Of a stretch of 64,000 nt of DNA, positions 53,404 to 63,226 are shown piece after piece. Below the pieces are notes generated by a model that saw only the letters and a program-made list of their open reading frames with translations, ran no database searches and was not told where the DNA came from. Made by a program: the position numbers and the translations under genes. Position 1 is the first letter of the stretch, and each line of letters begins with the position of its first letter. Source of the stretch: Fidelibacterota bacterium. Lineage in GTDB: Bacteria > Fidelibacterota > SORT01. The stretch is taken from positions 62,119-126,118 of the forward strand of contig JACZTG010000006.1 of assembly GCA_022573815.1 (NCBI GenBank), read 5' to 3'.

Positions 53404-55263
53404 TTAATTTATGAAATCCCATTTTACGCCCCAGAAAAATTCGTTTCCCGCAAGATTAAAACCGTCAACTAATTGGTACGGAGTTTGAAAGAGATTATCA
53501 TTTCGGAATAAAATAGTCAGTGATGAAATCTTTGCCGTAAACCAGTAATTGAACAGGGCTACTTTCGGCAGCGGGTCCCCACCCAACGAAATATAAAAAT
53601 CCAACGCCGGATCATAAGTAAACCGATGTCCCGCGCCTAACAACACTTCTTCGGCATACGCCGTGAATATCAGATTATCGTCAAAAAAGTTATGAGTCAA
53701 ACTTCCGTAAGCAATTCCCTTATAGTCTCTTGAAAACGGAATATCGGGATCAAAATCCAGATTCTGCCATCCTGAAGCGCCAAGCGTCAAAACTTCGCCG
53801 AATGACCGTTCAATTTCCGCGGAAACAGCCGGAATTTCGTAGTCATCTCGGACGAAAACCCTCAGATCGTCATTGAACAGCGCTTCCACCACTAACGGAT
53901 TGTTGACCGTTGTCAACTGATACTCCGCTCTGAATTTCAGCTTATTCCCCTGATGATTCAGGCCGAATGAAATTCGATTTATCGTTTCCCTGCTCAAGGA
54001 ATCGCTCAAACCAAAATTAAAGTTATTCATCAGACGGAAATCAATCGGCACGTCAACGGCGGATTTGGAAATTTCGCCGGACAGATTTGTACTGCTTGAA
54101 ATATTTATTTTCACACTTCCGGCAAACAGACCTACAGCGCCAAATTCAGATTCTGTGCTGATTCCTTCGGTAGCCTCAATTGACAGGAAATTTCCGCTTC
54201 GAATCTTTTGTGTGAGATAGGCATATGATTTTTGAAGGTCGCGTAATTCAAATCCTCCACCCCTGATATTATGAAGTTCGGAACGGAATCCTCCATAAAG
54301 CCCGCCGGCTCCGAGGCTGACTATCTTCTGGTTTAGATGAAATCCATAATAATAAGACAGGCTCTGGTCGTCGAATGTTCTTAATGGAAAAAGAGCTGTT
54401 CTGCTGTTATCCTTTCGTCTCAATTCGGAGGTGGAAAGATAGGCCTGGATATTTGTATTTCCTTTCGGCGAGTGAACATTCAAAGTATGATCATAAGTTA
54501 CTTCCCGTAAACTTCCGTCGGTATCATACCTGTATATATTTAAGATTTTCGGACCTGTTAAATTTATCCTCCGAAACGTATGGCTAAGCGAATAACTGCC
54601 GTTCCAACCGCTATCCGTTCTTCTTCCATATATCGCCGAGATTTTTCGTCCGTTATAATTCAGAGTCAGATCCCGTTCTGCCTGATCCCGAATCAATCCC
54701 TGAAACTGAAACACCGAATTCTTGGTCAATCTGCGTGTCAAAATTACATTTATGTCGTCATAATCTCCTCTTCCCCTTCTCGTAACGAACTGTGATATGT
54801 TATCGTTCAGGAATTCCGGTAATATATTAAAATCCACCTTGCTTAACGAAGGTTCGCCGTCAGAATGACTTCCCGCGGCGCTTTCGTAAGAAGTCTCTGT
54901 CAGATTGTATTCGAGGGCAAGACTAAGATCGTATTTCCCCTTTCGCAGGTTTCGCATCGGTCTGCCTTGCGTGAAAACAGTCAGATACCTCGGATTAAGC
55001 CCAATAGGCGCGCCATACCACGCGGAGCCGTATGTCCCACGGGAAAATACCAGAAATTCCGAACTCTGCCACAGCAAGTCGGAAACTCCACGCAGCAACT
55101 CCTCGTCTCTAAGCGTATTTCTGAATTGCCGGGATTCACTGAATTTATAATCATATGTTTCGGCTGTCTGGGTAGAATCAGGCGGTGATTCCGATTCCTG
55201 AGCTAAAACAGTGCCAAAAAAAAAGATTGATAAGAAAATTGATGCGGCTAAATATAATCTCAA
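53404..55263 (-). CDS. outer-membrane beta-barrel protein with a degenerate TonB-dependent-receptor-like plug
   Basis: 619 aa. Signal peptide (VLAQ/E). LRGVSDLLWQSSEFLVFSRGTYGSAWYGAPIGLNPRYLTVFTQGRPMRN resembles a diverged plug. A long beta-strand alternation ends in WGVKWDFIN. Confidence 0.45.
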   Translation of the reverse strand: MRLYLAASIFLSIFFFGTVLAQESESPPDSTQTAETYDYKFSESRQFRNTLRDEELLRGVSDLLWQSSEFLVFSRGTYGSAWYGAPIGLNPRYLTVFTQGRPMRNLRKGKYDLSLALEYNLTETSYESAAGSHSDGEPSLSKVDFNILPEFLNDNISQFVTRRGRGDYDDINVILTRRLTKNSVFQFQGLIRDQAERDLTLNYNGRKISAIYGRRTDSGWNGSYSLSHTFRRINLTGPKILNIYRYDTDGSLREVTYDHTLNVHSPKGNTNIQAYLSTSELRRKDNSRTALFPLRTFDDQSLSYYYGFHLNQKIVSLGAGGLYGGFRSELHNIRGGGFELRDLQKSYAYLTQKIRSGNFLSIEATEGISTESEFGAVGLFAGSVKINISSSTNLSGEISKSAVDVPIDFRLMNNFNFGLSDSLSRETINRISFGLNHQGNKLKFRAEYQLTTVNNPLVVEALFNDDLRVFVRDDYEIPAVSAEIERSFGEVLTLGASGWQNLDFDPDIPFSRDYKGIAYGSLTHNFFDDNLIFTAYAEEVLLGAGHRFTYDPALDFYISLGGDPLPKVALFNYWFTAKISSLTILFRNDNLFQTPYQLVDGFNLAGNEFFWGVKWDFIN

Positions 55264-55808
55264 GCGAATCGTCCCGATTTAATCACCGCTTTCAGAATCG
55301 AGGGCACGGCAATCGAAAATATAAGCGTATTTGATATTACATGAATTGATATAAACAGAGCGCCGAGAGCAATAGTAGCGAACAGCTGGTTGCCTTCGAA
55401 ACCCGCTGCCAGAGGCCATGAAAGTGTCGTAAGCAAATCAAAGAAGATTGTGCATATAAATCCCGAAACTGCAAATGCGATTATCTTGCCTTTCGAAAAG
55501 ACATTCTTATTTCCCCATCTGCCGACTAATCCGCCAACAGCCCCAAAGAGCGACATTCCCATAATTTGGGCGGCAAACAGATAAGGAAAAGCCAAACCCG
55601 AACCCATCGGATTAAACGCGGAATAGATGGTTTCTGCTATAACGCCCACAAGTATCCCTTTTGATACTCCAAGAAAATATCCCGATATGAAAATCGTAGC
55701 CGACACCATCTCGATATTCGGAACGAATATAAACGCGTATCCCATAGCAACGGCGAGAGCGGATAGCATCCCCACCATAGCCATATCTCTGGTTGATAAT
55801 TTTAACAT
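55260..55808 (-). CDS. small polytopic membrane protein resembling an ECF-transporter S component
   Basis: 182 aa with about six hydrophobic helices. An N-terminal LSTRDMAMVGMLSALAVAMGY motif resembles S components. It overlaps the downstream OMP gene by 4 nt. No ECF A or T genes are nearby. Confidence 0.45.
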   Translation of the reverse strand: MLKLSTRDMAMVGMLSALAVAMGYAFIFVPNIEMVSATIFISGYFLGVSKGILVGVIAETIYSAFNPMGSGLAFPYLFAAQIMGMSLFGAVGGLVGRWGNKNVFSKGKIIAFAVSGFICTIFFDLLTTLSWPLAAGFEGNQLFATIALGALFISIHVISNTLIFSIAVPSILKAVIKSGRFA

Positions 55809-55817
55809 TTAATCCCG

Positions 55818-56795
55818 TTATCCTTTGTACAATGGAACTCCGAAATAATTTTCTGCGCTTGTCCATTTCCCATCGTTCTCGTCTTCCGCAATTGTTTTCA
55901 TAAATATATTCATTTTTGAATCCAAATCATCAAGGTAAAACAAAATAAGCGCTTCCTTTATCATCGGCTTCCGTGGAGAACCATACTCGTATTTTCCCTG
56001 GTGAGAGAGGATTAGATGCTCAAGCAGCAGAAGCGTTTCCGCCGGAAAATTATTTATCTCCCTTGCGGCATCTCTCACCATATCCCTTCCGAGGATTATA
56101 TGCCCGATCAGGCTTCCTTCGTCCGTATAGGTCGTGGCTACTTCACCCGATAGCTCTTTTACCTTTCCGATATCGTGAAGCAATGCGCCTGTGAGCAGCA
56201 AATCCCTATTGAGATAAGGATATTTTTTTGAGAAATAAATCGAATCAATTGCTAAAGATAGCGTATGCTCCAATAATCCGCCTCGAAAGTTATGATGAAT
56301 GAATTTCGCCGCAGGATAATTCTGTATTCTTTTTTCGTTTTCTTCGTAAATGACTTCAAGAATCTTCTTCAGAAACTTATCTTCTACCGAATCAATCAAT
56401 TCCATTACTTCTGTCCACATCTCTTTGGAATCCCTTTCCGAAGAAGGGACAAGGGAGTCCAGTGAAAAACCGTATTCCTCATGTTCCTCCCTGACCTTAC
56501 TGATCTTCGACACATTCAGCTGCATCTTGTTCCGATAAACGTCCGTATGCGCTTTTACCACCACAGCGTCACCCTGCTCAAATTCTTCGGCAGCCTTCTC
56601 AAAGCCCTGCCACATCTTAGCCGAAATCTTTCCCGTCTTATCGGAAAGCGTCATATCCAAATATGAATCTCCCGCTCTCGTCTTCCGCAGTGATTTTTCC
56701 GTAACGAGATAGAACCCTTGCACATCGCTGTCAGGTTTAAATGATGAAATAGGTTGGATTTTCTTAGTCATAAGAAGCTTAATAATATATTTCAT
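55818..56795 (-). CDS. yhaM: 3'-5' exoribonuclease, YhaM family (OB fold plus HD domain)
   Basis: 325 aa. N-terminal OB (YLDMTLSDKTGKISAKMW) and HD domain (LEHTLS ... ALLHDIGK). Confidence 0.8.
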   Translation of the reverse strand: MKYIIKLLMTKKIQPISSFKPDSDVQGFYLVTEKSLRKTRAGDSYLDMTLSDKTGKISAKMWQGFEKAAEEFEQGDAVVVKAHTDVYRNKMQLNVSKISKVREEHEEYGFSLDSLVPSSERDSKEMWTEVMELIDSVEDKFLKKILEVIYEENEKRIQNYPAAKFIHHNFRGGLLEHTLSLAIDSIYFSKKYPYLNRDLLLTGALLHDIGKVKELSGEVATTYTDEGSLIGHIILGRDMVRDAAREINNFPAETLLLLEHLILSHQGKYEYGSPRKPMIKEALILFYLDDLDSKMNIFMKTIAEDENDGKWTSAENYFGVPLYKG

Positions 56796-56920
56796 ACCTC
56801 TAAAATGTCAAGCCCTTTTGAATTGCGCGATTTGTTTACCGGAATTTCGCTTTTAGGTTAATCCTATTATCTATATCTTTGTGCAGAGATAATATTTTCA
56901 ACACTCTTTTGGAGGAAGTT

Positions 56921-57277
56921 ATGGCAGATGGCATCGTACATATAGATATTCCGGTGAAAAACCTTGATACAGCACCTGAATTTTACGCTAAAGTATTCGG
57001 CTGGGAATTAACTCCTATGCCGAATGAGGATTACGTCCTGTTTACCGCTGACGGCGGAGGCATTAGCGGCGGATTCACCAAACCGGAAGTCCATCAGATC
57101 GGTGGCTGTGTGGGATATATTCAAGTTGACAATCTTGAGACTGCTATGGAAAGTGTCGTGGAAAACGGCGGTCAAAGTCAGCTGGGCCGTCAGGAAGTGG
57201 GCGATGCGGGATGGTTCGCGCTTTTCACCGACCCTGAAGGCAATCCGATGGGACTTTGGGAAGTTAAATCCGCCTAA
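56921..57277 (+). CDS. VOC/glyoxalase family protein
   Basis: Start at the ATG 5 nt after GGAGG ([30 protein letters not shown]). C-terminal [12 protein letters not shown]. The longest ORF would start at 56879. Confidence 0.8.
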   Translation: MADGIVHIDIPVKNLDTAPEFYAKVFGWELTPMPNEDYVLFTADGGGISGGFTKPEVHQIGGCVGYIQVDNLETAMESVVENGGQSQLGRQEVGDAGWFALFTDPEGNPMGLWEVKSA

Positions 57278-59727
57278 AGCGCAATCTTCCTCAATCTCAG
57301 CGCATTCGCAATTACCGTAACGGAACTGAAGCTCATCGCCGCTGCCGCAATTATCGGACTCAGAAGCAGCCCGAAAATCGGATATAGCGCGCCGGCAGCC
57401 AGCGGAATACCAAGCGCGTTGTAAATAAACGCCCAGAAAAGATTCTGCCTGATGTTTCTCATAGTGCCTCTGCTCAACTTCCGCGCCCTGGCGATTCCCA
57501 TCAGGTCGCCTTTCAATAATGTAACAGTGGCGCTTTCAATGGCGACGTCTGTTCCCGTTCCCATTGCGATACCCACATCCGCCTGAGCAAGAGCCGGAGC
57601 GTCGTTAATACCGTCACCCGCCATTGCGACTATCTTTCCCGACTGCTGAAGCTTTTTGACTATCTCGTTCTTCTCGTCCGGCAGGATTTCCGCTTCTATC
57701 TGTTTTATGCCTACTTTTTTAGCCACTACCTCGGCGGTCTCGCGGCTGTCGCCGGTAAGCATTATAATTTCAATCCCTTCATTTTTCAGATAAAGGATCG
57801 CCTCTTCTGTGGTGGATTTAATAGGATCGGCAATTCCGATGAACCCGGCGATGGTGTCATCTATTGCGACATAGATAACCGTCTCTCCTTCTGACCGTTT
57901 TTTAGCCGCGTCACTCTCAATCGCTGAAAAATCTATACTGTTTTTTTCCAACATTTTCAGATTCCCCACAGATACTTTTTTCCCGTCAACCGTTCCCCTA
58001 ACGCCCATCCCGGTAATAGACTCGAAATCCACTACTTTTCCCAGCTCCAACCCTCTTTCTCTTGCGGCATTAACGATTGAAGCTCCGAGAGGATGTTCGC
58101 TGGATGTCTCAACGCTCGCCACAAGACTGAGAAACTCATCTTCATTGAATTCACTCCTTACACTCATACTCACAAGCTTCGGTTTGCCTTCCGTGAGAGT
58201 GCCGGTTTTATCTATTACCAGAGTATCTATTTTTTCAAGAGTCTCCAACGCCTCGGCGTTCTTGATGAGCAGTCCCGCTGTGGCTCCTCTTCCAGTGGCG
58301 ACCATAATTGATATAGGAGTCGCAAGCCCCAATGCACACGGACAGGCGATTATCAGCACTGCCACAGCGTTCACAAGGGCAAATGCCATCTTGGGATCAG
58401 GACCGTATATGCTCCAAATAATGAATGTCAACGCGCTGATTCCCACAACTATCGGGACGAAATAGGATGAAATTTTATCCGCAAGACCCTGTATCGGCGC
58501 GCGGCTTCGCTGTGCTTCACTCACCATCTTTACGATGCGCGCAAGGAGCGTATCCACTCCGACTTTTTCCGTTTCCATAAGGAAACTGCCCCTGCCGTTC
58601 ACCGTCCCCCCTGTAACCGATTCGCCCACTCTCTTTTTAACTTCCTGCGGCTCGCCCGAAATCATAGACTCATCAATATAACTCTCGCCTTCAGTTAGGA
58701 CTCCATCCACAGGGATTTTTTCACCCGGACGCACGCGAAGAATATCGCCGACGATTACGTCTTCAAGAGGTATATCCTTTTCTTCGCCGTTTGCGCTTAC
58801 CTTTCTCGCCGAGTTTGGAGCCAACCCGAGAAGCGCCCGCAGCGCCCCGCTTGTTTTGCTTCTTGCTCTCAATTCCAAAACCTGTCCCAACAGCACAAGC
58901 GCGGTTATGACAGCCGCCGCTTCGAAATAAACCCCCACTTCACCGTGCGCTCCTCTGAATGCAGGCGGAAATATACCCGGCAAGAAAACCGCCACAAGAC
59001 TGTACAGATACGCAACTCCTGTTCCTATCGCTATAAGCGTGAACATATTCAGCGCTCTGTTCACAATTGAGAACCAGCCTCTCTGGAAAAACGGAGCTGC
59101 TCCCCAAAGTACAACAGGCGTGGCAAGTGCGAATTCAATCCAATGACTCATAACAGGGTCTATTAGACTGAAGCCAAGAAACATCTGTGACATTGTCAGC
59201 AGTAAAAGAGGAAGAGCAAGAGCCGAACTTACCCAGAATCGTTTTGTCATATCTTTGAGCTCTTCGCTCTCCTCGTCATCCAAAGTTACTGTCCTCGGCT
59301 CAAGCGCCATTCCGCAGATCGGACACGAACCCTGCTCATCTTTCACCACTTCAGGATGCATCGGACAGACATATTCGCGTTTTGTTTTCAGTACAGGTTC
59401 CATCAGCTCCAATCCCATTCCGCACGTCGGGCAGGCGCCCGGCGTATTCTGTTTGATGTCCGGGTCCATAGGACAGGTATATATGGCTCCCGTAGCATCG
59501 GTGTGCGTATGCTCGTGATGATGGTGTTCGTGCGAGTCGTGATGATTTCCACCACTATCTTTCGATGGTTCAAGCGGGAATTTTTCAGGCTCTTTATCGA
59601 ACATATCTTTACAATAATCAGAACAAAAATATATTGTTTTACCTTCGTATTCGCTGCTGCCTGCCGCTTTATCAGGTTCCACATCCATATGACAAACCGG
59701 ATCAATTGCCATTTTCAGATCCCTCAT
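57274..59727 (-). CDS. copA: copper-translocating P1B-type ATPase
   Basis: 817 aa with CPC ([13 protein letters not shown]), DKTGT, TGD and GDGINDAP. The N-terminus has a YHS/TRASH-like domain, a His-rich stretch and two CPMxP...CPxCGM zinc-ribbon-like metal-binding modules. Confidence 0.9.
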   Translation of the reverse strand: MRDLKMAIDPVCHMDVEPDKAAGSSEYEGKTIYFCSDYCKDMFDKEPEKFPLEPSKDSGGNHHDSHEHHHHEHTHTDATGAIYTCPMDPDIKQNTPGACPTCGMGLELMEPVLKTKREYVCPMHPEVVKDEQGSCPICGMALEPRTVTLDDEESEELKDMTKRFWVSSALALPLLLLTMSQMFLGFSLIDPVMSHWIEFALATPVVLWGAAPFFQRGWFSIVNRALNMFTLIAIGTGVAYLYSLVAVFLPGIFPPAFRGAHGEVGVYFEAAAVITALVLLGQVLELRARSKTSGALRALLGLAPNSARKVSANGEEKDIPLEDVIVGDILRVRPGEKIPVDGVLTEGESYIDESMISGEPQEVKKRVGESVTGGTVNGRGSFLMETEKVGVDTLLARIVKMVSEAQRSRAPIQGLADKISSYFVPIVVGISALTFIIWSIYGPDPKMAFALVNAVAVLIIACPCALGLATPISIMVATGRGATAGLLIKNAEALETLEKIDTLVIDKTGTLTEGKPKLVSMSVRSEFNEDEFLSLVASVETSSEHPLGASIVNAARERGLELGKVVDFESITGMGVRGTVDGKKVSVGNLKMLEKNSIDFSAIESDAAKKRSEGETVIYVAIDDTIAGFIGIADPIKSTTEEAILYLKNEGIEIIMLTGDSRETAEVVAKKVGIKQIEAEILPDEKNEIVKKLQQSGKIVAMAGDGINDAPALAQADVGIAMGTGTDVAIESATVTLLKGDLMGIARARKLSRGTMRNIRQNLFWAFIYNALGIPLAAGALYPIFGLLLSPIIAAAAMSFSSVTVIANALRLRKIAL

Positions 59728-60002
59728 TTTAAAAATTTATTTATTTCATTAAAAAGTTCGTCAACTTTCCTGTCTGCTTCCTTTTCATCACTGTTCACGA
59801 ACGCGTCCCTGACGCAACTTTTCACGTGCCGTTCCATAATAACGAATGCCAATGAGTCCAGCGCCTTCCTGACTGCGGTAATCTGATTGACGATGTCCAT
59901 GCAGTATTTTTTTTCGCTGACCATTCGTTCCAAACCGCCGATTTGTCCTTTAATGGATTTCAATCTTCTCAGCGATTTATTTTGTGTCAGTTCGTCGAGC
60001 AT
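59724..60002 (-). CDS. csoR: CsoR/RcnR family metal-sensing repressor
   Basis: 92 aa with [32 protein letters not shown] and the W-X-Y-Z type ligands C...H...C. Overlaps the copA start by 4 nt. Confidence 0.85.
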   Translation of the reverse strand: MLDELTQNKSLRRLKSIKGQIGGLERMVSEKKYCMDIVNQITAVRKALDSLAFVIMERHVKSCVRDAFVNSDEKEADRKVDELFNEINKFLK

Positions 60003-60026
60003 AACGACTCCTTTTGATAATACCCT

Positions 60027-60043
60027 ATACCCCTATGGGGTAT
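60027..60043 (-). promoter_or_regulatory. CsoR-type operator palindrome
   Basis: ATACCCC-TAT-GGGGTAT is a perfect 7-bp inverted repeat, 25-41 nt upstream of the csoR start codon. It has the same G/C-tract architecture as known CsoR operators. Confidence 0.6.
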
Positions 60044-60058
60044 TGTTTTATATTCGTC

Positions 60059-60086
60059 AATATAACTAATATTTTCCACCTGTCAA
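60059..60086 (-). promoter_or_regulatory. sigma70-type promoter of csoR-copA
   Basis: On the minus strand: TTGACA (60086-60081), a 16-nt spacer, then TATATT (60064-60059). The operator lies just downstream. Confidence 0.4.
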
Positions 60087-60220
60087 GCTAATTTATTTTA
60101 TTGCTCGGAAAGCTCAGGTAGATGTTAGACTGCTTTATCAATCGCCTTACTGCTGCGAGTTTTCCTAACGTCTTTGCGTCCGGCGTTAATCGGACAGGCC
60201 CTGACAGCGCTCAATAAGAC

Positions 60221-60298
60221 AACCACCCCTTTTATCCCCTCCTTTCAAAGGAGGGGCGGATTTTGTCCCGATTGTTCGGGACGAAAGACCGGGTGGTT
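60221..60298. other. 78-nt element able to fold as a three-way junction (unassigned; candidate structured RNA or 3' UTR element)
   Basis: P1 AACCACCC/GGGTGGTT (60221-28 / 60291-98). P2 CCCCTCC/GGAGGGG (60236-42 / 60250-56). P3 GTCCCG/CGGGAC (60265-70 / 60277-82). The element is GC-rich within an otherwise AT-rich spacer. Confidence 0.3.
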
Positions 60299-60424
60299 CA
60301 GGAGTTGAAGATTATCGCTATTGTCTCACAGCTGTCGTTAAAACTGGGAAAGACCGAAAACCTTAACCAGCGAAAATGAGACATCTGATTAACATATGCC
60401 TGTGCAGTTTTGTATTATTTTATG

Positions 60425-61135
60425 TTACGATTTGCCGTTAAAAGGACGGACGAATATCTCCCGGGCAACTTCGCTGTCAAGAGCGATTTCCGTCTCATCT
60501 ACTTTTATGACGAACGAAGGGAATTTCTGATACAATGAGATGACCGCACCGGGCTCTACGCCAAGCAGAGTCAGCCTTTCATACCGTTCGTGATATGCCG
60601 GCGTGGTAAATATAATCTTCGAAGTTTTGCCGACTTCAAGCCGGTTCAAAGGCACAACTACGGGACTCAATTTCGTATTAAATTTCTTGCAACATTCTCC
60701 GCGTGGTATTTTTCTGCCGTGCGGGCAAAAAGTCGGATGCCCTAACAGCGTGCAAATCGAATCCTCAACTTCCGGGCTAAGCACATGCTCAAATTTGCAA
60801 GCCTGCGCTTCCATCTCTTCTTCGGAGACCTGTAACAGGTCTTTCAATAGCCGTTCGGTGAGCCTGTGTCGCCTTATCAGACTTTCGGCTTTAAGCATCC
60901 CTGAATCGGTGAGCTCCATCGTTTCACCGCTGACAATCAGGAGTTTTGATTCTTCCGCGTCCGGCAAAAATTCGGCATAACCGTTCAATGACGCGTGGTC
61001 GCACCGTACGCCGTTTTTCTTTCCTGAACCGTTATCCCCCTCTTCTAAAAGGAGATAAATATGCTCAAGTAGGTGATCCAGCTTCTCTGGTTTCATCATT
61101 CGTTTTTTTCCTGAATAATTTTCTAAATAAATCAA
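60425..61135 (-). CDS. DtxR/IdeR-family metal-binding protein with a C-terminal FeoA (SH3-like) domain and an atypical N-terminal region
   Basis: Dimerisation and metal domain (RRHRLTERLLKDLL...FEHVLSPEVEDSICTLLGHPTFCPHG) and FeoA-like end (LNRLEVGKTSKI...LLGVEPGAVISL). The likely true start is MMKPEKL at 61099. Confidence 0.7.
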   Translation of the reverse strand: MIYLENYSGKKRMMKPEKLDHLLEHIYLLLEEGDNGSGKKNGVRCDHASLNGYAEFLPDAEESKLLIVSGETMELTDSGMLKAESLIRRHRLTERLLKDLLQVSEEEMEAQACKFEHVLSPEVEDSICTLLGHPTFCPHGRKIPRGECCKKFNTKLSPVVVPLNRLEVGKTSKIIFTTPAYHERYERLTLLGVEPGAVISLYQKFPSFVIKVDETEIALDSEVAREIFVRPFNGKS

Positions 61136-61271
61136 CTATGTATGATTTTTCAACATATTCGTACCCGCAATGCGGACAACAGAGGATATTGCATCCTTTA
61201 TTGAACGGGCAGCCCGAGTGGCAAGCCATCTCGGCGTGAGTATATTCGCCTCCGCAGAGTGGACATTTCAT
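61065..61271 (-). CDS. small Cys-rich zinc-ribbon protein
   Basis: 68 aa: MKCPLCGGEY...CHSGCPFNKGCNILCCPHCGYEY. ATGA overlap with the feoB stop, and its 3' end overlaps the DtxR-like gene. Confidence 0.5.
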   Translation of the reverse strand: MKCPLCGGEYTHAEMACHSGCPFNKGCNILCCPHCGYEYVEKSYIVDLFRKLFRKKTNDETREAGSPT

Positions 61272-63223
61272 CCTGTATATCCCACCGCATTGAGCAACAG
61301 ATTAAGTAGTCCGCCGACGATGAACGCTATCGGCAATATCACAGCCGTCATTGCCATTGTCATCTTCATCCCGCGTTCTTTTATCATAATTAGGAAGTTT
61401 GCGATACATGGGATGAACAGCGTCAATGTGACCGACGCAACTAAAATTTGAGCTGTTGTCAGATCCATTCCGTTCAGACCGGCAATTCCATAATCCCTTC
61501 TCAAGAAACCTACTATGAACGCTTGCGTTGCCTTTGCGGGAAGCCCCAACACTGTTTGGACAAGCGGACTGGCAAGCCGTTCAATGACCAGCAGCGCGCC
61601 TGTCGCATCCAACAGATAAAGAAGGAATGTGCCGAAGAAGAAAAGCGGAACCGCTTCCTTCACATACCACTCTGTCCTGGCTAATGTTTTCACCGTTATA
61701 TTACCGATTTTCGGCATTCTGATAGGAGGAAGTTCAAGAATGAAATCCGAGCCTTCGTCCGGCAGTACCTTTGAAGCAAGGAATCCGACCACCACCAAAA
61801 CGCCGAAAACTACCGCTCCCCAGATGAACAGAGCGGATATTGATATTGCGCCTAAAAGACCCATTATAACTCCTAACTGCGCGCTGCATGGGACTCCCAA
61901 CGCTAAGAGCAGAGTCACGAGGATACGTTCCTTTTTCGTATCAAGAATTCGGGTGGTGAGCGTTGCCATCGTATCGCATCCAAGCCCAAGCACCATCGGC
62001 AGCACAGCTTTTCCGTTCAATCCCATAAGCTTGAAAACCTGATTCAGCATTACCGCCAACCGCGGCAGATAACCGGAATCTTCCAATATTCCGAAAGCGA
62101 TGAAAAACGTAACCACAACAGGAAGAATAATCGCAATGGAATACGGAAGAGCCATTGTGAGTAAACCGTATTCACCTACAAAAATATCCCTGATAATTTC
62201 AACAGGCACATACGAAAAGAGCTGGGCGAACCAGACGGAAAGATATTGACCGAACAGGACCTGCTCTAAATAATCAGTTAGAAATCCCGCCCCGAAAACG
62301 CCTACGAATTGATACATCATATAGAGAACAGCAAAAACGAAGCCCAATCCCCAGAACGGGTGCATAGTTAATTTGCCTAATTTTGTGGCAAAATCAGAGC
62401 CGCTGCCTGAACTTTTTCCGGCAGCCATATCCGCAATCCGTCCCGCCTCCTTCATTCTCCGACGTGTGATAACCCTTGATAGAGACTCGCCGAATTTTTC
62501 CTGAGCGGTGTCGACAATTACTTTTAACTCATCAATTTGTTCGGAAGATAATATGTCCTGCAAATACCCGAATATGCTTTCATCACGCGCAAGTACCATC
62601 AGCGATATGGCGCGCCGTCCCTCAATCGAATCCCCCAATAGCTCGCTGATTTCCGTTATGCCCGGCTCGATTATCGGACCGTAGCTGACCTTTATCTTCG
62701 GAACTTTCGGGGATTTGATAGCTTCCGAAAGATCTTTGAGACCTTTGTTTCTGATAGCAACGCTTTCTATAACGTCAACGCCAAGAACCTTTGAGAGCCC
62801 GGCGCTGTCAAGCGAGACTCCCCGACTGAGCGCTTCATCGGTCATATTCATATTAAGAATTATCGGCAGATCCATCTCAGCCAATTGTACCGTCAGCAGA
62901 AGTCCCCTTTTGAGATTCTTGGAATCCACAACCTGAACGATTGATTTTGGTCGCTCCCGAAGCAGAAGGTCCCGGGTCACCCGCTCATCTTCCGAGGAGG
63001 GCAGCAGGTTATTCACGCCGGGAGTGTCAATTATCGTGTCTTTGGTACCGTTGGTTCCTATGGTCCCTCGCGATATTTCGACGGTTGTCCCCGGATAGTT
63101 GGAAACCGTCACATATTTCCCGGAAAGATAGCCGAAAATAACGCTTTTACCCACATTGGGATTGCCGACGAGAACCACGGGAGATGATTTTCTGTTAACG
63201 GGTTTCGCTAAGTGTCCGTGCAA
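61268..63223 (-). CDS. feoB: ferrous iron transporter FeoB
   Basis: 651 aa. N-terminal G domain (VLVGNPNVGKS, YPGTTVE, DTPG) and a polytopic permease domain. Apparent TTG start at 63223, with an alternative GTG about 45 nt downstream (near 63178). Confidence 0.95.
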   Translation of the reverse strand: MHGHLAKPVNRKSSPVVLVGNPNVGKSVIFGYLSGKYVTVSNYPGTTVEISRGTIGTNGTKDTIIDTPGVNNLLPSSEDERVTRDLLLRERPKSIVQVVDSKNLKRGLLLTVQLAEMDLPIILNMNMTDEALSRGVSLDSAGLSKVLGVDVIESVAIRNKGLKDLSEAIKSPKVPKIKVSYGPIIEPGITEISELLGDSIEGRRAISLMVLARDESIFGYLQDILSSEQIDELKVIVDTAQEKFGESLSRVITRRRMKEAGRIADMAAGKSSGSGSDFATKLGKLTMHPFWGLGFVFAVLYMMYQFVGVFGAGFLTDYLEQVLFGQYLSVWFAQLFSYVPVEIIRDIFVGEYGLLTMALPYSIAIILPVVVTFFIAFGILEDSGYLPRLAVMLNQVFKLMGLNGKAVLPMVLGLGCDTMATLTTRILDTKKERILVTLLLALGVPCSAQLGVIMGLLGAISISALFIWGAVVFGVLVVVGFLASKVLPDEGSDFILELPPIRMPKIGNITVKTLARTEWYVKEAVPLFFFGTFLLYLLDATGALLVIERLASPLVQTVLGLPAKATQAFIVGFLRRDYGIAGLNGMDLTTAQILVASVTLTLFIPCIANFLIMIKERGMKMTMAMTAVILPIAFIVGGLLNLLLNAVGYTG

Positions 63224-63226
63224 TGC

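Noticed and set aside
59356-59886. 176-aa and 100-aa alternative-frame ORFs inside the copA 5' region and csoR
   Set aside because: They are alternative frames of the His/Cys-rich CopA N-terminus. copA and csoR both have strong family signatures in their own frames.
60221-60298. Possibility that the three-way junction is a hammerhead or other small self-cleaving ribozyme
   Set aside because: Neither strand contains the CUGAUGA / GAAA hammerhead core in the junction strands. I could not match the twister, pistol or hatchet cores from memory either. It is kept only as an unassigned structured element.
61096-61110. Programmed frameshift or sequencing error at the A7 run fusing the zinc-ribbon ORF to the DtxR-like ORF
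   Set aside because: The fusion would need a +1 shift. The downstream ORF has its own ATG pair (61099/61096) with an AGGA-like SD, so two overlapping genes is the simpler reading. It cannot be excluded without reads or orthologs.
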